The notes: generated from the sequence alone by a model not told the origin. 31,053 bases of DNA from a bacterium (GCA_041946805.1 JBHGBC010000057.1:1-31053), one strand, 5' to 3'; positions 18,130-28,182 are shown, numbered from the stretch's first letter. Translations and numbers: made by a program.

Positions 18130-19194
18130 ATGAAAGCCTTGATCCCCTGCGCCGGACGCGGCAAACGGTTGCGGCCCCTGACATTCACCAATTCCAAGCC
18201 CTTGATCCCCATCGCCAACAAGCCGCTGGTCCAATACGCCATCGACGCGATCAAGAAGGTCGGCATCACCGACATCGGCATCGTGGTGGGCGACAACACC
18301 CGTGACATGGAAGATGTCCTCAAGGATGGCCGGCAGTTCGGGGTACGGCTGACCTACATTCCCCAGGACCAGCCGCTGGGCATCGCCCATACCATCATGG
18401 TCGCGAAAGAGTTCCTGGGTAACGATCCCTTCATCATGTATCTCGGCGACAACCTGCTGCAGGACGGCCTGCAAACGGCGGTGGAACGCTTCGAGAACAA
18501 CCAGCTGAACGCCCTGCTGTTCCTGCGCCACACCGACAAGCCTCAGTTGTATGGCATCGCCGTGGTGGAGGAGGACCGGGTGGTGCGGCTCGTGGAAAAG
18601 CCCAAAGTTCCTCCCTCCAACCTGGCTTGCATCGGGATCTACATCTTCAGCCCCGGCATCCATGGCATCGTGGACCACATGAACCCCTCGGCGCGGGGGG
18701 AATACGAAATCACCGATGCGATTCAGGGCATCATCGACACCGGCGGCCGGGTCGAACATCACACCTTGCAGGGCTGGTGGATCGACGCGGGAAATCCGGA
18801 GGACATGATCGAGGCCAACCGCCTGGTGCTGCAAAGCCTGGAAACGTCGATCGAAGGGACCACGGACAAGCAATCGGACATCCGCGGCGCCGTGCAAATC
18901 GGAAAGGGAACCACAGTGGAAAGCAGCACCATCCGGGGGCCGGTGATCATCGGGGAGAATTGTGTCATCCGTGACGCGTTCGTGGGCAGTTTCACTTCGA
19001 TCGGCGCCAACTCGGAGCTCATCAGCTGCGAGGTGGAATACAGCGTGATCATGCAGGATTGCGAAATCCGCAACATCGAGCGGCGCATCGACAACAGCAT
19101 CCTCGGCCGGAATGTAACCATCACCAGTTCCGCCCGCCGCCCCCGCTCGCACAAATTGCTTCTCTCCGACGACAGCGAAGCCGAGTTGGGCTGA
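18130..19194 (+). CDS. rfbA: Glucose-1-phosphate thymidylyltransferase, long form with C-terminal beta-helix region
   Basis: AGRGKRLRPLT..KPLIPIANKP, QDQPLGIAH, MYLGDN, VEKP, PSARGEYEITDAIQ, WWIDAG; IRGPVIIG repeats. Confidence 0.9.
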   Translation: MKALIPCAGRGKRLRPLTFTNSKPLIPIANKPLVQYAIDAIKKVGITDIGIVVGDNTRDMEDVLKDGRQFGVRLTYIPQDQPLGIAHTIMVAKEFLGNDPFIMYLGDNLLQDGLQTAVERFENNQLNALLFLRHTDKPQLYGIAVVEEDRVVRLVEKPKVPPSNLACIGIYIFSPGIHGIVDHMNPSARGEYEITDAIQGIIDTGGRVEHHTLQGWWIDAGNPEDMIEANRLVLQSLETSIEGTTDKQSDIRGAVQIGKGTTVESSTIRGPVIIGENCVIRDAFVGSFTSIGANSELISCEVEYSVIMQDCEIRNIERRIDNSILGRNVTITSSARRPRSHKLLLSDDSEAELG

Positions 19195-19317
19195 ATGGAC
19201 TTCCAGTCCGGAAGGGAAGGAGACGCCTTATCGTGGGATCATCCGGCCGATGCGCGCTTTTGGCCCTGATTCTCAATTGACATCCCATTGAACTGAGCGA
19301 TTCAAACTACCCCCTAT

Positions 19318-19351
19318 CCCTCTCCCTCCGGGAGTGGGATAGGGTGAGGGG
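19318..19351. repeat. REP-like palindrome
   Basis: ccctctccctccgggagtgggatagggtgagggg. Confidence 0.65.
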
Positions 19352-19725
19352 ATTTTGGCAGGGACTGACCTGGACGCCCACCCGCAACCGGGAGGAGATA
19401 GAACGCTTTTTTCACCGCCAATTCCGCACTGGCCGGATGAGCCCTGATTATTGATCACCCGCGGCGTATTTCAGAACTTTTTTTTGCGCTTCATGGCATT
19501 TGAATCCTCCGGTAGAGTCGTTTTGGCTCACCCAGGCATGCGTCCGAACCGGTATCTCCTTCCCTTCGACGCATTCTTGAGAGATCCTTCCAAAGCCGGT
19601 ATAGTGATGATCATGCCGGGATTGGATAAATTCTGGACACTTCCAGACAAATCCGCGAATGCCGTCAGGAAACGAAGCCGGACGCGGATACTATCTCTTG
19701 CCTCGTTTCTCCCGGGGGACCTGCT

Positions 19726-21555
19726 ATGAATGCCATGCCCTTGATCATGATCGCCGTGGCTGTATTCGCCATCGCCTACCGGACGTATTATTGCTTCATC
19801 GCCGCCAAAATCGCGGTGTTGGATGACGCGCGCGTCACGCCCGCCCACCGGTCGTACGATGGGCATAATTATTATCCGACCAGCAAGTGGGTGTTGTTCG
19901 GGCATCACTTCGCGGCCATAGCCGGCGCGGGACCGCTGGTGGGGCCGGTGCTGGCGGCCCAGTTTGGATACATGCCCGGCTTTTTGTGGATCTTATTGGG
20001 GGCGGTGTTAGCCGGGGGAGTGCACGATTTTATAATTCTCGCCGCGTCCGTGCGGCATGACGGGAAATCGCTGGCGGAAATCGCCCGCCAGGAAATCAGC
20101 CCCGTCAGCGGCGTGACTGCATCGCTGGCCACCCTGCTGATCATCATTGTCGCCCTGGCCGGTCTGGGGATCGTGGTGGTCAACGCCCTGGCGGAGAGTT
20201 CGTGGGGGACCTTCACCATTGCCGCCACGATACCCATTGCCCTGTTCATGGGCTGGTGGATGTACCGCTTCCGGCCGGGGAAAATCGCCGAGGCCACGAC
20301 GATGGGCGTGGTGCTATTGACGTTGGCGGTGATCGCCGGGCGGTTCGTGCCTGATTCGGCTATCGCCTCATGGTTCAGCTTCGACCGCAAGACTTTGACG
20401 ATCATCATCGCCGTATACGGATTTTTCGCCTCGGTGCTGCCGGTGTGGCTGTTGCTCGCTCCCCGGGATTATTTAAGTTCCATCATGAAGATCACCGTGG
20501 TGATGTTCCTGGCGATGGGCGTGGTGATCGTTGCTCCGGCCATGAAGATGCCCTCGCTGACTTCGTACACCGCGGGCGGCGGCCCCATCATTCCCGGAGC
20601 GGTTTATCCGTATGTCTTTATCACCATCGCTTGCGGTGCGTTGTCGGGATTCCACTCGCTGGTCAGTTCGGGAACGACGCCCAAGATGCTCTACCAGGAA
20701 TCGCATATGATGGCCATCGGTTTCGGGGCGATGTTGTTCGAAGGCTTTGTGGGAATCCTGGCCCTGATCGCGGCCAGCAGCCTGTATCCGCTCGATTATT
20801 TCGCCATCAACGTGCCCGTGGAGAAGTTCCAGGGCCTCATGGCCGGATTGAACCAGATGGGTTTCACCACCTCCAACCTGCCGGAACTGTCCGCCGAAGT
20901 GGGGGAGAGCCTGGCCGGCCGGACGGGGGGAGCGGTGACCCTCGCGGTGGGCATGGCGCAGATTTTTTCGTCCATTCCCGGGCTGCGGGGCTTGATGGCC
21001 TACTGGTACCATTTCGCCATCATGTTCGAGGCGCTGTTCATCCTGACGACCATCGACGCGGGGACGCGGATCGCGCGGTTCGTACTCCAGGAAGCGATGG
21101 GGAAGGTGATGAAGCCGTTCGGCCGCACCGATTGGATGATTGGCAGCGTGTTGACCAGCCTGGCGGTGGTTTTCGCGTGGGCGTATTTCATTTACACCGG
21201 TACGGTGTCGACGATCTGGCCGATGTTCGGGACCGCCAATCAATTGCTGGCGACGGTGGCCTTGGTGATCGGCACCAGCTACATCATCAACCACGGCAAG
21301 GCGAAATACGCGTGGGTGACGGTTATGCCCATGCTGTTCGTGGGCGCGACCACGCTGACCGCGGGATGGATCAATCTGACGGACATCTACCTGCCCATGA
21401 CGCGCCAGCCCGGCCTGATGGTGCAGGGATACGTGAACTTCACTCTGACCGCGCTCATTGTGTCCAGCGTCATCATCATCTTCGCGGACGCGGTTCCCAA
21501 GTGGTACCGGGCAATTCTCAGCCCGGCCGTCCTTCCCGCCGAGGGGGTGGAATAA
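19726..21555 (+). CDS. cstA: Carbon starvation protein A family transporter (CstA/BtsT)
   Basis: [96 protein letters not shown]. Confidence 0.95.
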   Translation: MNAMPLIMIAVAVFAIAYRTYYCFIAAKIAVLDDARVTPAHRSYDGHNYYPTSKWVLFGHHFAAIAGAGPLVGPVLAAQFGYMPGFLWILLGAVLAGGVHDFIILAASVRHDGKSLAEIARQEISPVSGVTASLATLLIIIVALAGLGIVVVNALAESSWGTFTIAATIPIALFMGWWMYRFRPGKIAEATTMGVVLLTLAVIAGRFVPDSAIASWFSFDRKTLTIIIAVYGFFASVLPVWLLLAPRDYLSSIMKITVVMFLAMGVVIVAPAMKMPSLTSYTAGGGPIIPGAVYPYVFITIACGALSGFHSLVSSGTTPKMLYQESHMMAIGFGAMLFEGFVGILALIAASSLYPLDYFAINVPVEKFQGLMAGLNQMGFTTSNLPELSAEVGESLAGRTGGAVTLAVGMAQIFSSIPGLRGLMAYWYHFAIMFEALFILTTIDAGTRIARFVLQEAMGKVMKPFGRTDWMIGSVLTSLAVVFAWAYFIYTGTVSTIWPMFGTANQLLATVALVIGTSYIINHGKAKYAWVTVMPMLFVGATTLTAGWINLTDIYLPMTRQPGLMVQGYVNFTLTALIVSSVIIIFADAVPKWYRAILSPAVLPAEGVE

Positions 21556-21731
21556 AAAACCGGTGGCGCGAGGGGGGTAAATCAGTGAGATGGCACTCCC
21601 GGTCCCACGACCGGCAACACTAGCTTTCCACGATCGTGGACGGAGTTTTCCCGTTTATTGCCTTTTTTCAGGACAACCAATCGTACAAGGTACATAAAGT
21701 AAACCGATCTACCTTCTTATGGAAGTAGTCA

Positions 21732-22425
21732 CATTACTGTCCGGTTGAATTCAATCGCAAATTAGCCTAAGGCATTCCAAGATTAGGGTTTACAAGCCGC
21801 GATGATTGGGAACGATTTCAAGCGGAGTATACTGATCAGCCATTCCCAGTTCGAAAAACCGAAAGGAATGGCGTATGAATCAGGATCAAACCGTTTTCTC
21901 CCCACTGATGGAACTGCTCCCACTGAAGGCCTTTCAGAATTGTGTGAAAAGTTATCCAGGACATTCCCGCGTTCGCTCATTTTCATATCTCGATCCATAT
22001 CTTTGCCGGGCCTTCGCGCTGTTGACCGGCCGGGAAAGTGTGCGCGATATCGAAGCCTGTCTTCGTTCCATGCAGTCCAAACGGTATCACATGGGCATCC
22101 GCGGCCCGGTCTCACGCAGCCCCTTGGCCGACGCCACCGAACGCCGCGATTGGCGCATCTACGCCGATTTCGCGCAGATTCTCATTGCGCAGGCACGCGA
22201 ATTGTATGCCCACGATCCCTGGGGAGTCGATCACGATCAAACAGTATATGCCTTCGATTCCACCCCGATCGATTTATGCCTCGCCCTTTTCCCTGGGCGC
22301 GGTTCCGGCAACGGCAGGGCGCGGTCAAGTTGCCTACACGGCTGGATTGGCGGGCCCACACGCCGGTCGTCACGCAAATCACCGGCGGAAAAATCCACGA
22401 TGTCAATGTCCTCGATCCCTTGATT
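21732..22425 (+). mobile_element. Truncated IS4-family element (left end plus 5' half of transposase)
   Basis: CATTACTGTCCGGTT at 21732 resembles the terminal IR I recall for DUF4372-type IS4 elements; transposase remnant follows; no right end seen. Confidence 0.7.
21875..22425 (+). pseudogene. IS4-family (DUF4372 + DDE) transposase pseudogene
   Basis: RES.RDIEACL, YHMGIRG..SRS.LADA..RDWRIYADFA, VYAFDST.IDLCL; frameshift near 22290 into WARFR..GAVKL..HDVNVLD; truncated before later DDE residues. Confidence 0.9.
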
Positions 22426-22449
22426 TCCGGCAACCGGTCACCCATCTGA

Positions 22450-23358
22450 AGCAAACCGCTTCCCACCTCCTCGGCCGCATGGCAGGCGTTCGCCCGGAAA
22501 GCCCCCAAGTGGGAATTGCAGGTCAACGCAGCTGGCAGGAGAAACCTGATCAAAGTCGACCATGGTGATATGGCATTGCCTGTTGAATTGCATACCTTCT
22601 GTCACCAGATCCTCGAAGAAGAACTGAAAAAACGGGGGGAAAACATGGCTACGAAAGCGCCATCGTGTATCGCAATTCCGTGTTGATCCGGGTGAATTTT
22701 CCAGAAATCATCCAGGAGTCATTGATCCTTCATAAGTGCCGGTTTGAGATGTTGGCCGCCCACGGCCGTTTCGAATACAAAGAGGCCATATCCCATGCCG
22801 ATCGACTGCCTGTCTTGCAAGAATCGCACGAGAAATTCTATAAGAACCTGATGCATATCAATGACATTAAGGAGGTGGGAAAACCATGGAAACCCAGTAC
22901 CTTGCCGGGACATGAACTCGTGGAGGAGGTGATCCAGAATGCAGAACGCTGCGCCAAGCGTCATCGTTTTGACGATGCCATGGCCCGCTTATACCGCGCC
23001 ACCGAGCTGCTGGCCCAGGTCAAACTCCGGCGTGATTATGGACTGGAGCCGGGGAACTTGGATATCTCCCAGCCCATGATTCCAGAGTCGGCCAAGAAAT
23101 GGCTGGAAAAGAATAGAAGTGCCAAGGGAACCATTCAAATGGTTTGCGCGACGGATACCGCCTGTTGAATGAAATGAAAGACATCGTGGGGGGAGTATTG
23201 GAAAGCGAATGAAGACCGAAGGCATTGGTTTATCGAGATGCGAAATAAACCGTTCCTGGCGCATGGATACAAATCCATCCCCCCATGAAATTTGGAATCA
23301 GGAAGGCTTGGAATGGTGCGAGTGGCTGCGCAAGGGGATCGATCTCATCAAGCGATGA
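22450..23358 (+). pseudogene. CRISPR-associated CARF-HEPN protein (TIGR02710-like) pseudogene, 5' end missing
   Basis: Across frameshifts at about 22640, 23140, 23190 and 23280: WELQV..GRRNLIKV, NAERCAKRHRFDDAMARLYRATELLAQ, GLRDGYRLL, HEPN-like RNKPFLAHG, ending WCEWLRKGIDLIKR-stop; directly upstream of cas10. Confidence 0.75.
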
Positions 23359-23524
23359 ATGTAAGGGCAACGATTATGGATTGGAGGGATTCTATTTCAC
23401 CGAGGGTATTATAACTACTCTCTGCAATGGTGCGCATATTAAATTTTTTAGCAGTAATTGATTTTGGTCTTTGTATTGTGATACGATGGAGAAAATTTCA
23501 TTACCCATGGGAAGGATAAGGGAG

Positions 23525-25918
23525 ATGGATTCCATTTTTCAGCATCTGGTTCTGGGCGCCTTTCTGCATGATATTGGCAAGGTCATGCAGCGCGCGGAGG
23601 TTCCCGTCTCCTCCGGGACCGAGGCTTTCATGGCTTCGGCGGGCCCCAGCCGGAATGGATTTTCCACCTATTTCCATGTTCAGTGGACCAGCCAATTCTT
23701 CGAAGAGCATTTCCTGAATACGGGTATTCCATCCGCTGATAATGGAGACGATGACGCACATCATCTGGCCTTCCGCCATCATAATCCATCCACGCCCCTA
23801 CAGGAAATTGTCACCCAGGCGGACCATATCTCCTCGGGCATGGACCGCGGTGAATCCCTTTATGAGCGGGATGTGCACAAACGCAAGCGCATGGTCCCCA
23901 TCCGCACGCTGCTCTCCATGGAGGGTACTCCACATGAACCTTACCCCCGGCTGCCTCTTACGAAACTAACCGCCCAGGACGATTCCATCTATCCCGTGCT
24001 TGGCGAGGATGAGAATGAGTCCCGCGTGCCGGAGTACCAGAAGCTCTGGCAGGGATTCCTTCAGGATTGGGCGGAACGGCAGGCGCAGGGATTCGAAGCC
24101 ACACTGGCATGGCTGGATGCCCTTTATGAACGATATTTTTGGAGCATACCCGCCAGTTCCATCGATACCATACCGGACAGTTCCCTCTACGATCATTCCC
24201 GCACGACCGCGGCGGTCGCTGGAGTTCTCTACCTATACCATCAGCAGATGGGCTCCCTGGATGCGAGCGCCATCCGTGACCGGCAAGCGAATAAGTTTCT
24301 CCTGGTCTCCGGCGATCTCTCCGGCATCCAGAATTACATCTTCGCCATCGCCCACAGCCGTGGCAAAGTGGCCAAGCGGTTACGCGCCCGTTCTTTCATC
24401 CTGAGCCTGATCTCCCAAATCCTGGCGCGGCAGATCCTCCAGGATGCCGGGCTTCCCTTCCTCAATTTAATCATGAGCGCGGGCGGCAAGTTCTATCTGC
24501 TCCTACCCAATACCGATGAAACACGTTCCATTCTCCAACAACGGGAGCAGTCCAGCCAGCAGTGGCTACGTGATACCTTCCAAGGAATCCTTTCCGTCAA
24601 TCTCTCCTCGGTAGAAATGTCCACGCACGATTTTCTTACCAAGCGCGTTGGAGAAGCGTTCGTGGAACTGGCCACCCGCCTCGCGCGGAGAAAGCACCAG
24701 CCCCTGCGCACTCTCCTGCAGTCGGATTCCGGTTGGAACGCGGAGAATTTCATCATGCCTGAATCCATGATTCAGGAAGAATCGCCTCTTGGCGTTTACG
24801 ACATGGAGGGTCTCGGAGAGGATGAGGAGCACATTGGCCGGGACCTGACCCGCGCCCGCTGCCTTGCGCTCTATGATTCCGGCCGGGGACGTTATGGGCT
24901 CCTGGGCTGGTCGTTCGGAATCGTATCCTCGGCCCAAGATCTCGATCACAAACCTCTCGTTATCATCTCCTATGAGCGGGGAGCGGAGCGCGATGCCCGC
25001 TTCGCCTCGGTCCCCGTGCAATACGAATACCGGGCGGCGCATGTGCCCATTTATCACGCCGGGGACCATGAGGAGATCGACGCCCATGTGGAGCATCATC
25101 CCGAAGAGGAATACCGGGAGGGTCAAATCCTGCCCTTCAACCTGATCGCCAAGACGGCTCAGGGGCGTGAGTCTCTCGCCTACCTGAAGGCGGATATGGA
25201 TAATCTGGGGCTGCTTCTGCGCAAGGGCATGGAATGGCAGGGCGGCTGGACACTCTCGAAACTCGCCACGCTGTCACGATCCCTGGAGTTCTTCTTCGCG
25301 GGACGCCTCAGCCACATGCTGCGGCAATCCTATCCCTTGATCTACACGGTCTTCACCGGCGGGGACGATCTCCTGCTCGTGGGCCCTTGGAACCAGGCGC
25401 ACGATTTCGCCCGGGATCTGCAAAAGGAATGGACCCGTTTCACTGGAAGCAATCCCTACCTCACGCTTTCCGTGGGTGTGAGTCTCGCGCGTCCCATGTC
25501 GCCGGTGGGTTTCGCCGCCGACGCCGCGGAACAGGCCCTGGAGAAGGCAAAACGGACCACGGATCACGCCGCCCCCAAGAATCAGTTCTGCGCGTTCGAT
25601 CACGTGATGAAATGGAGTGAGGTGGATACCGTTTTCCAGGAGATCAAGACTCTCTCCACGTGGCTGGAGTCAAAAAAACTCTCCGTTTCCTTCGTGCGCA
25701 GCCTGCTCTATTTCGCCTTCCTGGCGAAGCAGTACCGCCGGGACAAACAGGTGGAGGGCCTTCGCTACCTGCCCCTGCTGAGTTACACCCTCTCCCGTAA
25801 CATCAAGGATGAGGGGATCCGCCAATGGTGTGAGAAATACAAGGAAGCGGAGGGGGAGGACATCCGCCACCTCCGTTTCATCGCCACTTATGTCTTGAAT
25901 CTAAATCGCGGTTCCTAG
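23525..25918 (+). CDS. cas10: Type III-A CRISPR Cas10/Csm1 (HD nuclease plus Palm cyclase)
   Basis: LHDIGK, HH, ADHISSG, SLYDHSR, GDLSGIQNYIF, LRARSF, KADMDNLG, GGDD; start chosen by upstream AAGGGAG. Confidence 0.95.
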   Translation: MDSIFQHLVLGAFLHDIGKVMQRAEVPVSSGTEAFMASAGPSRNGFSTYFHVQWTSQFFEEHFLNTGIPSADNGDDDAHHLAFRHHNPSTPLQEIVTQADHISSGMDRGESLYERDVHKRKRMVPIRTLLSMEGTPHEPYPRLPLTKLTAQDDSIYPVLGEDENESRVPEYQKLWQGFLQDWAERQAQGFEATLAWLDALYERYFWSIPASSIDTIPDSSLYDHSRTTAAVAGVLYLYHQQMGSLDASAIRDRQANKFLLVSGDLSGIQNYIFAIAHSRGKVAKRLRARSFILSLISQILARQILQDAGLPFLNLIMSAGGKFYLLLPNTDETRSILQQREQSSQQWLRDTFQGILSVNLSSVEMSTHDFLTKRVGEAFVELATRLARRKHQPLRTLLQSDSGWNAENFIMPESMIQEESPLGVYDMEGLGEDEEHIGRDLTRARCLALYDSGRGRYGLLGWSFGIVSSAQDLDHKPLVIISYERGAERDARFASVPVQYEYRAAHVPIYHAGDHEEIDAHVEHHPEEEYREGQILPFNLIAKTAQGRESLAYLKADMDNLGLLLRKGMEWQGGWTLSKLATLSRSLEFFFAGRLSHMLRQSYPLIYTVFTGGDDLLLVGPWNQAHDFARDLQKEWTRFTGSNPYLTLSVGVSLARPMSPVGFAADAAEQALEKAKRTTDHAAPKNQFCAFDHVMKWSEVDTVFQEIKTLSTWLESKKLSVSFVRSLLYFAFLAKQYRRDKQVEGLRYLPLLSYTLSRNIKDEGIRQWCEKYKEAEGEDIRHLRFIATYVLNLNRGS

Positions 25919-25929
25919 AGGAGGCGATT

Positions 25930-26556
25930 ATGGAGAAGAAGACGTGCAAGATTTGTGGGAAATCGTTCACGGCCTTCAAGCCGGAATTCGATACCTGTCC
26001 CAATTGCAAGAAGGGGAAAACTCCCAATGTGAAAGGAGGAAAGACTTTGGCTGATATTCGAAGTGGTCAGTATCGTGGCGGTCCTCCGCCGGGTGGTCAA
26101 CAACGGAGCCATCCATCGGGGGGCAGTCACCCCCAAGGCGGGGGACAGCGTTCGCCTGGACAATCGGATGTAACCCTGGCTCCCCATCTGCTTCTAAACA
26201 GTTTTTATGAGGGAGATAACCTGAGGCGTGAAGTCTTCCGTGACATCCCCGAGCAGATCGCCCAGATTTTCGATCAGGCGGGGATGAAAAGCACCTCGGT
26301 CCGGCGGTTTTACAACGTAGTGCGTTTGGCCTATGACAAGTACCGCTTCTCGGCGGATCGTGAGTTTGCGGCCTCCCGTGAACTCATCCAGTCCCTGGAC
26401 CATCTCGCCACTTACAACCAAACGCGCGAAGTGACCAAGCCCTGCTTCACGAAGTTCATCAAGCATTACATTGAGTTGGCGGAGAAGAGCCCGGAAAACC
26501 TGCGGGGATTCAAGTTGCTTTTCGAGAGTGTTATCGGCTTCATGCCTAAAAAATAG
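25930..26556 (+). CDS. csm2: Type III-A small subunit Csm2 with N-terminal C4 zinc ribbon and Gly/Pro/Gln linker
   Basis: Between cas10 and csm3; STSVRRFY, Y...R, F..LFESVIGF Csm2 pattern; CKIC-x12-CPNC N-terminus; GAGGAGG RBS. Confidence 0.85.
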   Translation: MEKKTCKICGKSFTAFKPEFDTCPNCKKGKTPNVKGGKTLADIRSGQYRGGPPPGGQQRSHPSGGSHPQGGGQRSPGQSDVTLAPHLLLNSFYEGDNLRREVFRDIPEQIAQIFDQAGMKSTSVRRFYNVVRLAYDKYRFSADREFAASRELIQSLDHLATYNQTREVTKPCFTKFIKHYIELAEKSPENLRGFKLLFESVIGFMPKK

Positions 26557-26564
26557 AGGAGAGG

Positions 26565-27221
26565 ATGATGAATGCACTACAAGAATTTCGCAAGTTTTCC
26601 GGCCAGATTCATATCCTGACCGGACTGCACATCGGCGCGGGCAAGGAGTCCATGGAGATTGGCGGAACGGACAACCCGATCATCCGCCACCCGGTCACTT
26701 TCCAGCCGTACATTCCCGGTTCATCCATCAAGGGCAAAATGCGCAGTATGCTGGAGGTCAAATATAATTCCGGCAAGTTGAACCAGGGAAAACCCTGTGG
26801 TTGCGGCCAGCCGGAGTGCAAGGTCTGTACCATCTTTGGCAGTTCGGATAGCCGCAATCCAACCATGACCCGTGTGCTCTTCCGGGACGCGTTCATGAAC
26901 CCAAAAAGCATGCGTGAGCAGGAGGAAGCCAACGAAAGCGGCGAGGGCTACTACTCGGAGATCAAAAACGAGATCTCCATGAACCGCCAGACCATGACCG
27001 CCCAGCGCGGCGGGCTTCGGTCCCTGGAGAGGGTGATCCCGGGCAGCCGGTTCGATTTCGAGATCATGCTGCGGGTATTCGAAAACGATCCGGTCGCTGA
27101 GTATGTCCAGTTCATCGAGGAAGGCCTGAAATTGATCGAGAGTGACTACCTGGGCGGCTCGGGTTCACGCGGATACGGGAAGGTGGAGTTCAAGTACGAA
27201 GTCAGTACGGTCAAGGTGTAG
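26565..27221 (+). CDS. csm3: Type III-A backbone RAMP Csm3 (Cas7 group)
   Basis: TGLHIG, IGGTDNP (catalytic Asp position), PYIPGSSIKGKMRS, ERV..G, YLGGSGSRGYG. Confidence 0.95.
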   Translation: MMNALQEFRKFSGQIHILTGLHIGAGKESMEIGGTDNPIIRHPVTFQPYIPGSSIKGKMRSMLEVKYNSGKLNQGKPCGCGQPECKVCTIFGSSDSRNPTMTRVLFRDAFMNPKSMREQEEANESGEGYYSEIKNEISMNRQTMTAQRGGLRSLERVIPGSRFDFEIMLRVFENDPVAEYVQFIEEGLKLIESDYLGGSGSRGYGKVEFKYEVSTVKV

Positions 27222-27225
27222 CCTC

Positions 27226-28182
27226 ATGCACTACTGGCGCTTTCGCATTCGGCCCCTCTCCCTGCAGATCACTCCCTGGCAGGCGGACACGATCTTCGGC
27301 TCGCTGTGCTGGGCGTTGCGCCATCTCGAGGGAGAGGCGTCGCTCAAAAAATTTCTGGAGCCTTTCCGGGAGGGGGAACCGTCTTTCTTGATTTCAGAAG
27401 CGTTCCCCCGGGGATACCTGCCCCTGCCGTTCTATCTGCGGGTGCAACGGGTGGAGGTGCAGAACCAGCGGGAATACCAACGCTTTAAATTGGTCAAGAA
27501 AGTGAACCTACTGCCCGAGGGGGAGTTTGCCAAGGCTTGCCGGGGTGAAGCGGTGCAGGTGGATGAGACAGCCCTTTCACTCTACCAGCCCTATTCGCGC
27601 CTGCATGCCTCCATCAACCGCGCCACCGGTACCACTACCGCCGCCGAGGAGGATACGGGCGGCAACCTGTATCAACTGCATGGCCACGTTATGAATCCCA
27701 GGGATACGGAGATCGCGGTTTACGTGGCGGACCGCACCGGGGAGAGCCTGGAACTCGTCCAGAGGCTCTTCCGCAGCCTGGAACTCACCGGCTTCGGGCG
27801 CAAAAAATCCTCCGGCGCGGGAGCCTTTCGGCTCGTGGGGGATCCGGAACCTTGGAAACCGCCCCAAGTCCAAAATGGGAACGGTTTTGTGACTCTATCC
27901 GGATTCGTCCCTCGCCGGCAGGACCCGGCGGTGGGGTATTGGCAACTGCGGGTCAAGCATGGCAAACTCGGCGAAACCTATGCCACCGGAGGTAAATCGC
28001 CCTTCAAAAAGCCTTGGATCCTGTTGGAATCCGGTTCCTGTTTCCAAACTGGAAATACGGGTGAGGTGTACGGGCGGATGCTTACAGATCTCTCGAACGC
28101 GTACCCGGAGGTCGTGCAGTATGCTTATGCCTTTCCCGTGCCGATTTCATTTCCGGATAAAATCTGGGAGGCCGCCTCATGA
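27226..28182 (+). CDS. csm4: Type III-A RAMP Csm4 (Cas5 group)
   Basis: ADTIFGSLCWA, ISEAFP, INR.TG, GFGRKKSSGAG.F, KKP...ESGSCF. Confidence 0.9.
   Translation: MHYWRFRIRPLSLQITPWQADTIFGSLCWALRHLEGEASLKKFLEPFREGEPSFLISEAFPRGYLPLPFYLRVQRVEVQNQREYQRFKLVKKVNLLPEGEFAKACRGEAVQVDETALSLYQPYSRLHASINRATGTTTAAEEDTGGNLYQLHGHVMNPRDTEIAVYVADRTGESLELVQRLFRSLELTGFGRKKSSGAGAFRLVGDPEPWKPPQVQNGNGFVTLSGFVPRRQDPAVGYWQLRVKHGKLGETYATGGKSPFKKPWILLESGSCFQTGNTGEVYGRMLTDLSNAYPEVVQYAYAFPVPISFPDKIWEAAS

Noticed and set aside
18028..19152. 374-aa minus-strand ORF
   Set aside because: Antisense shadow of the nucleotidyltransferase.
21802..22449. 215-aa ORF as an independent gene
   Set aside because: Only its 3' part is meaningful, as the frameshifted continuation of the IS4 transposase.
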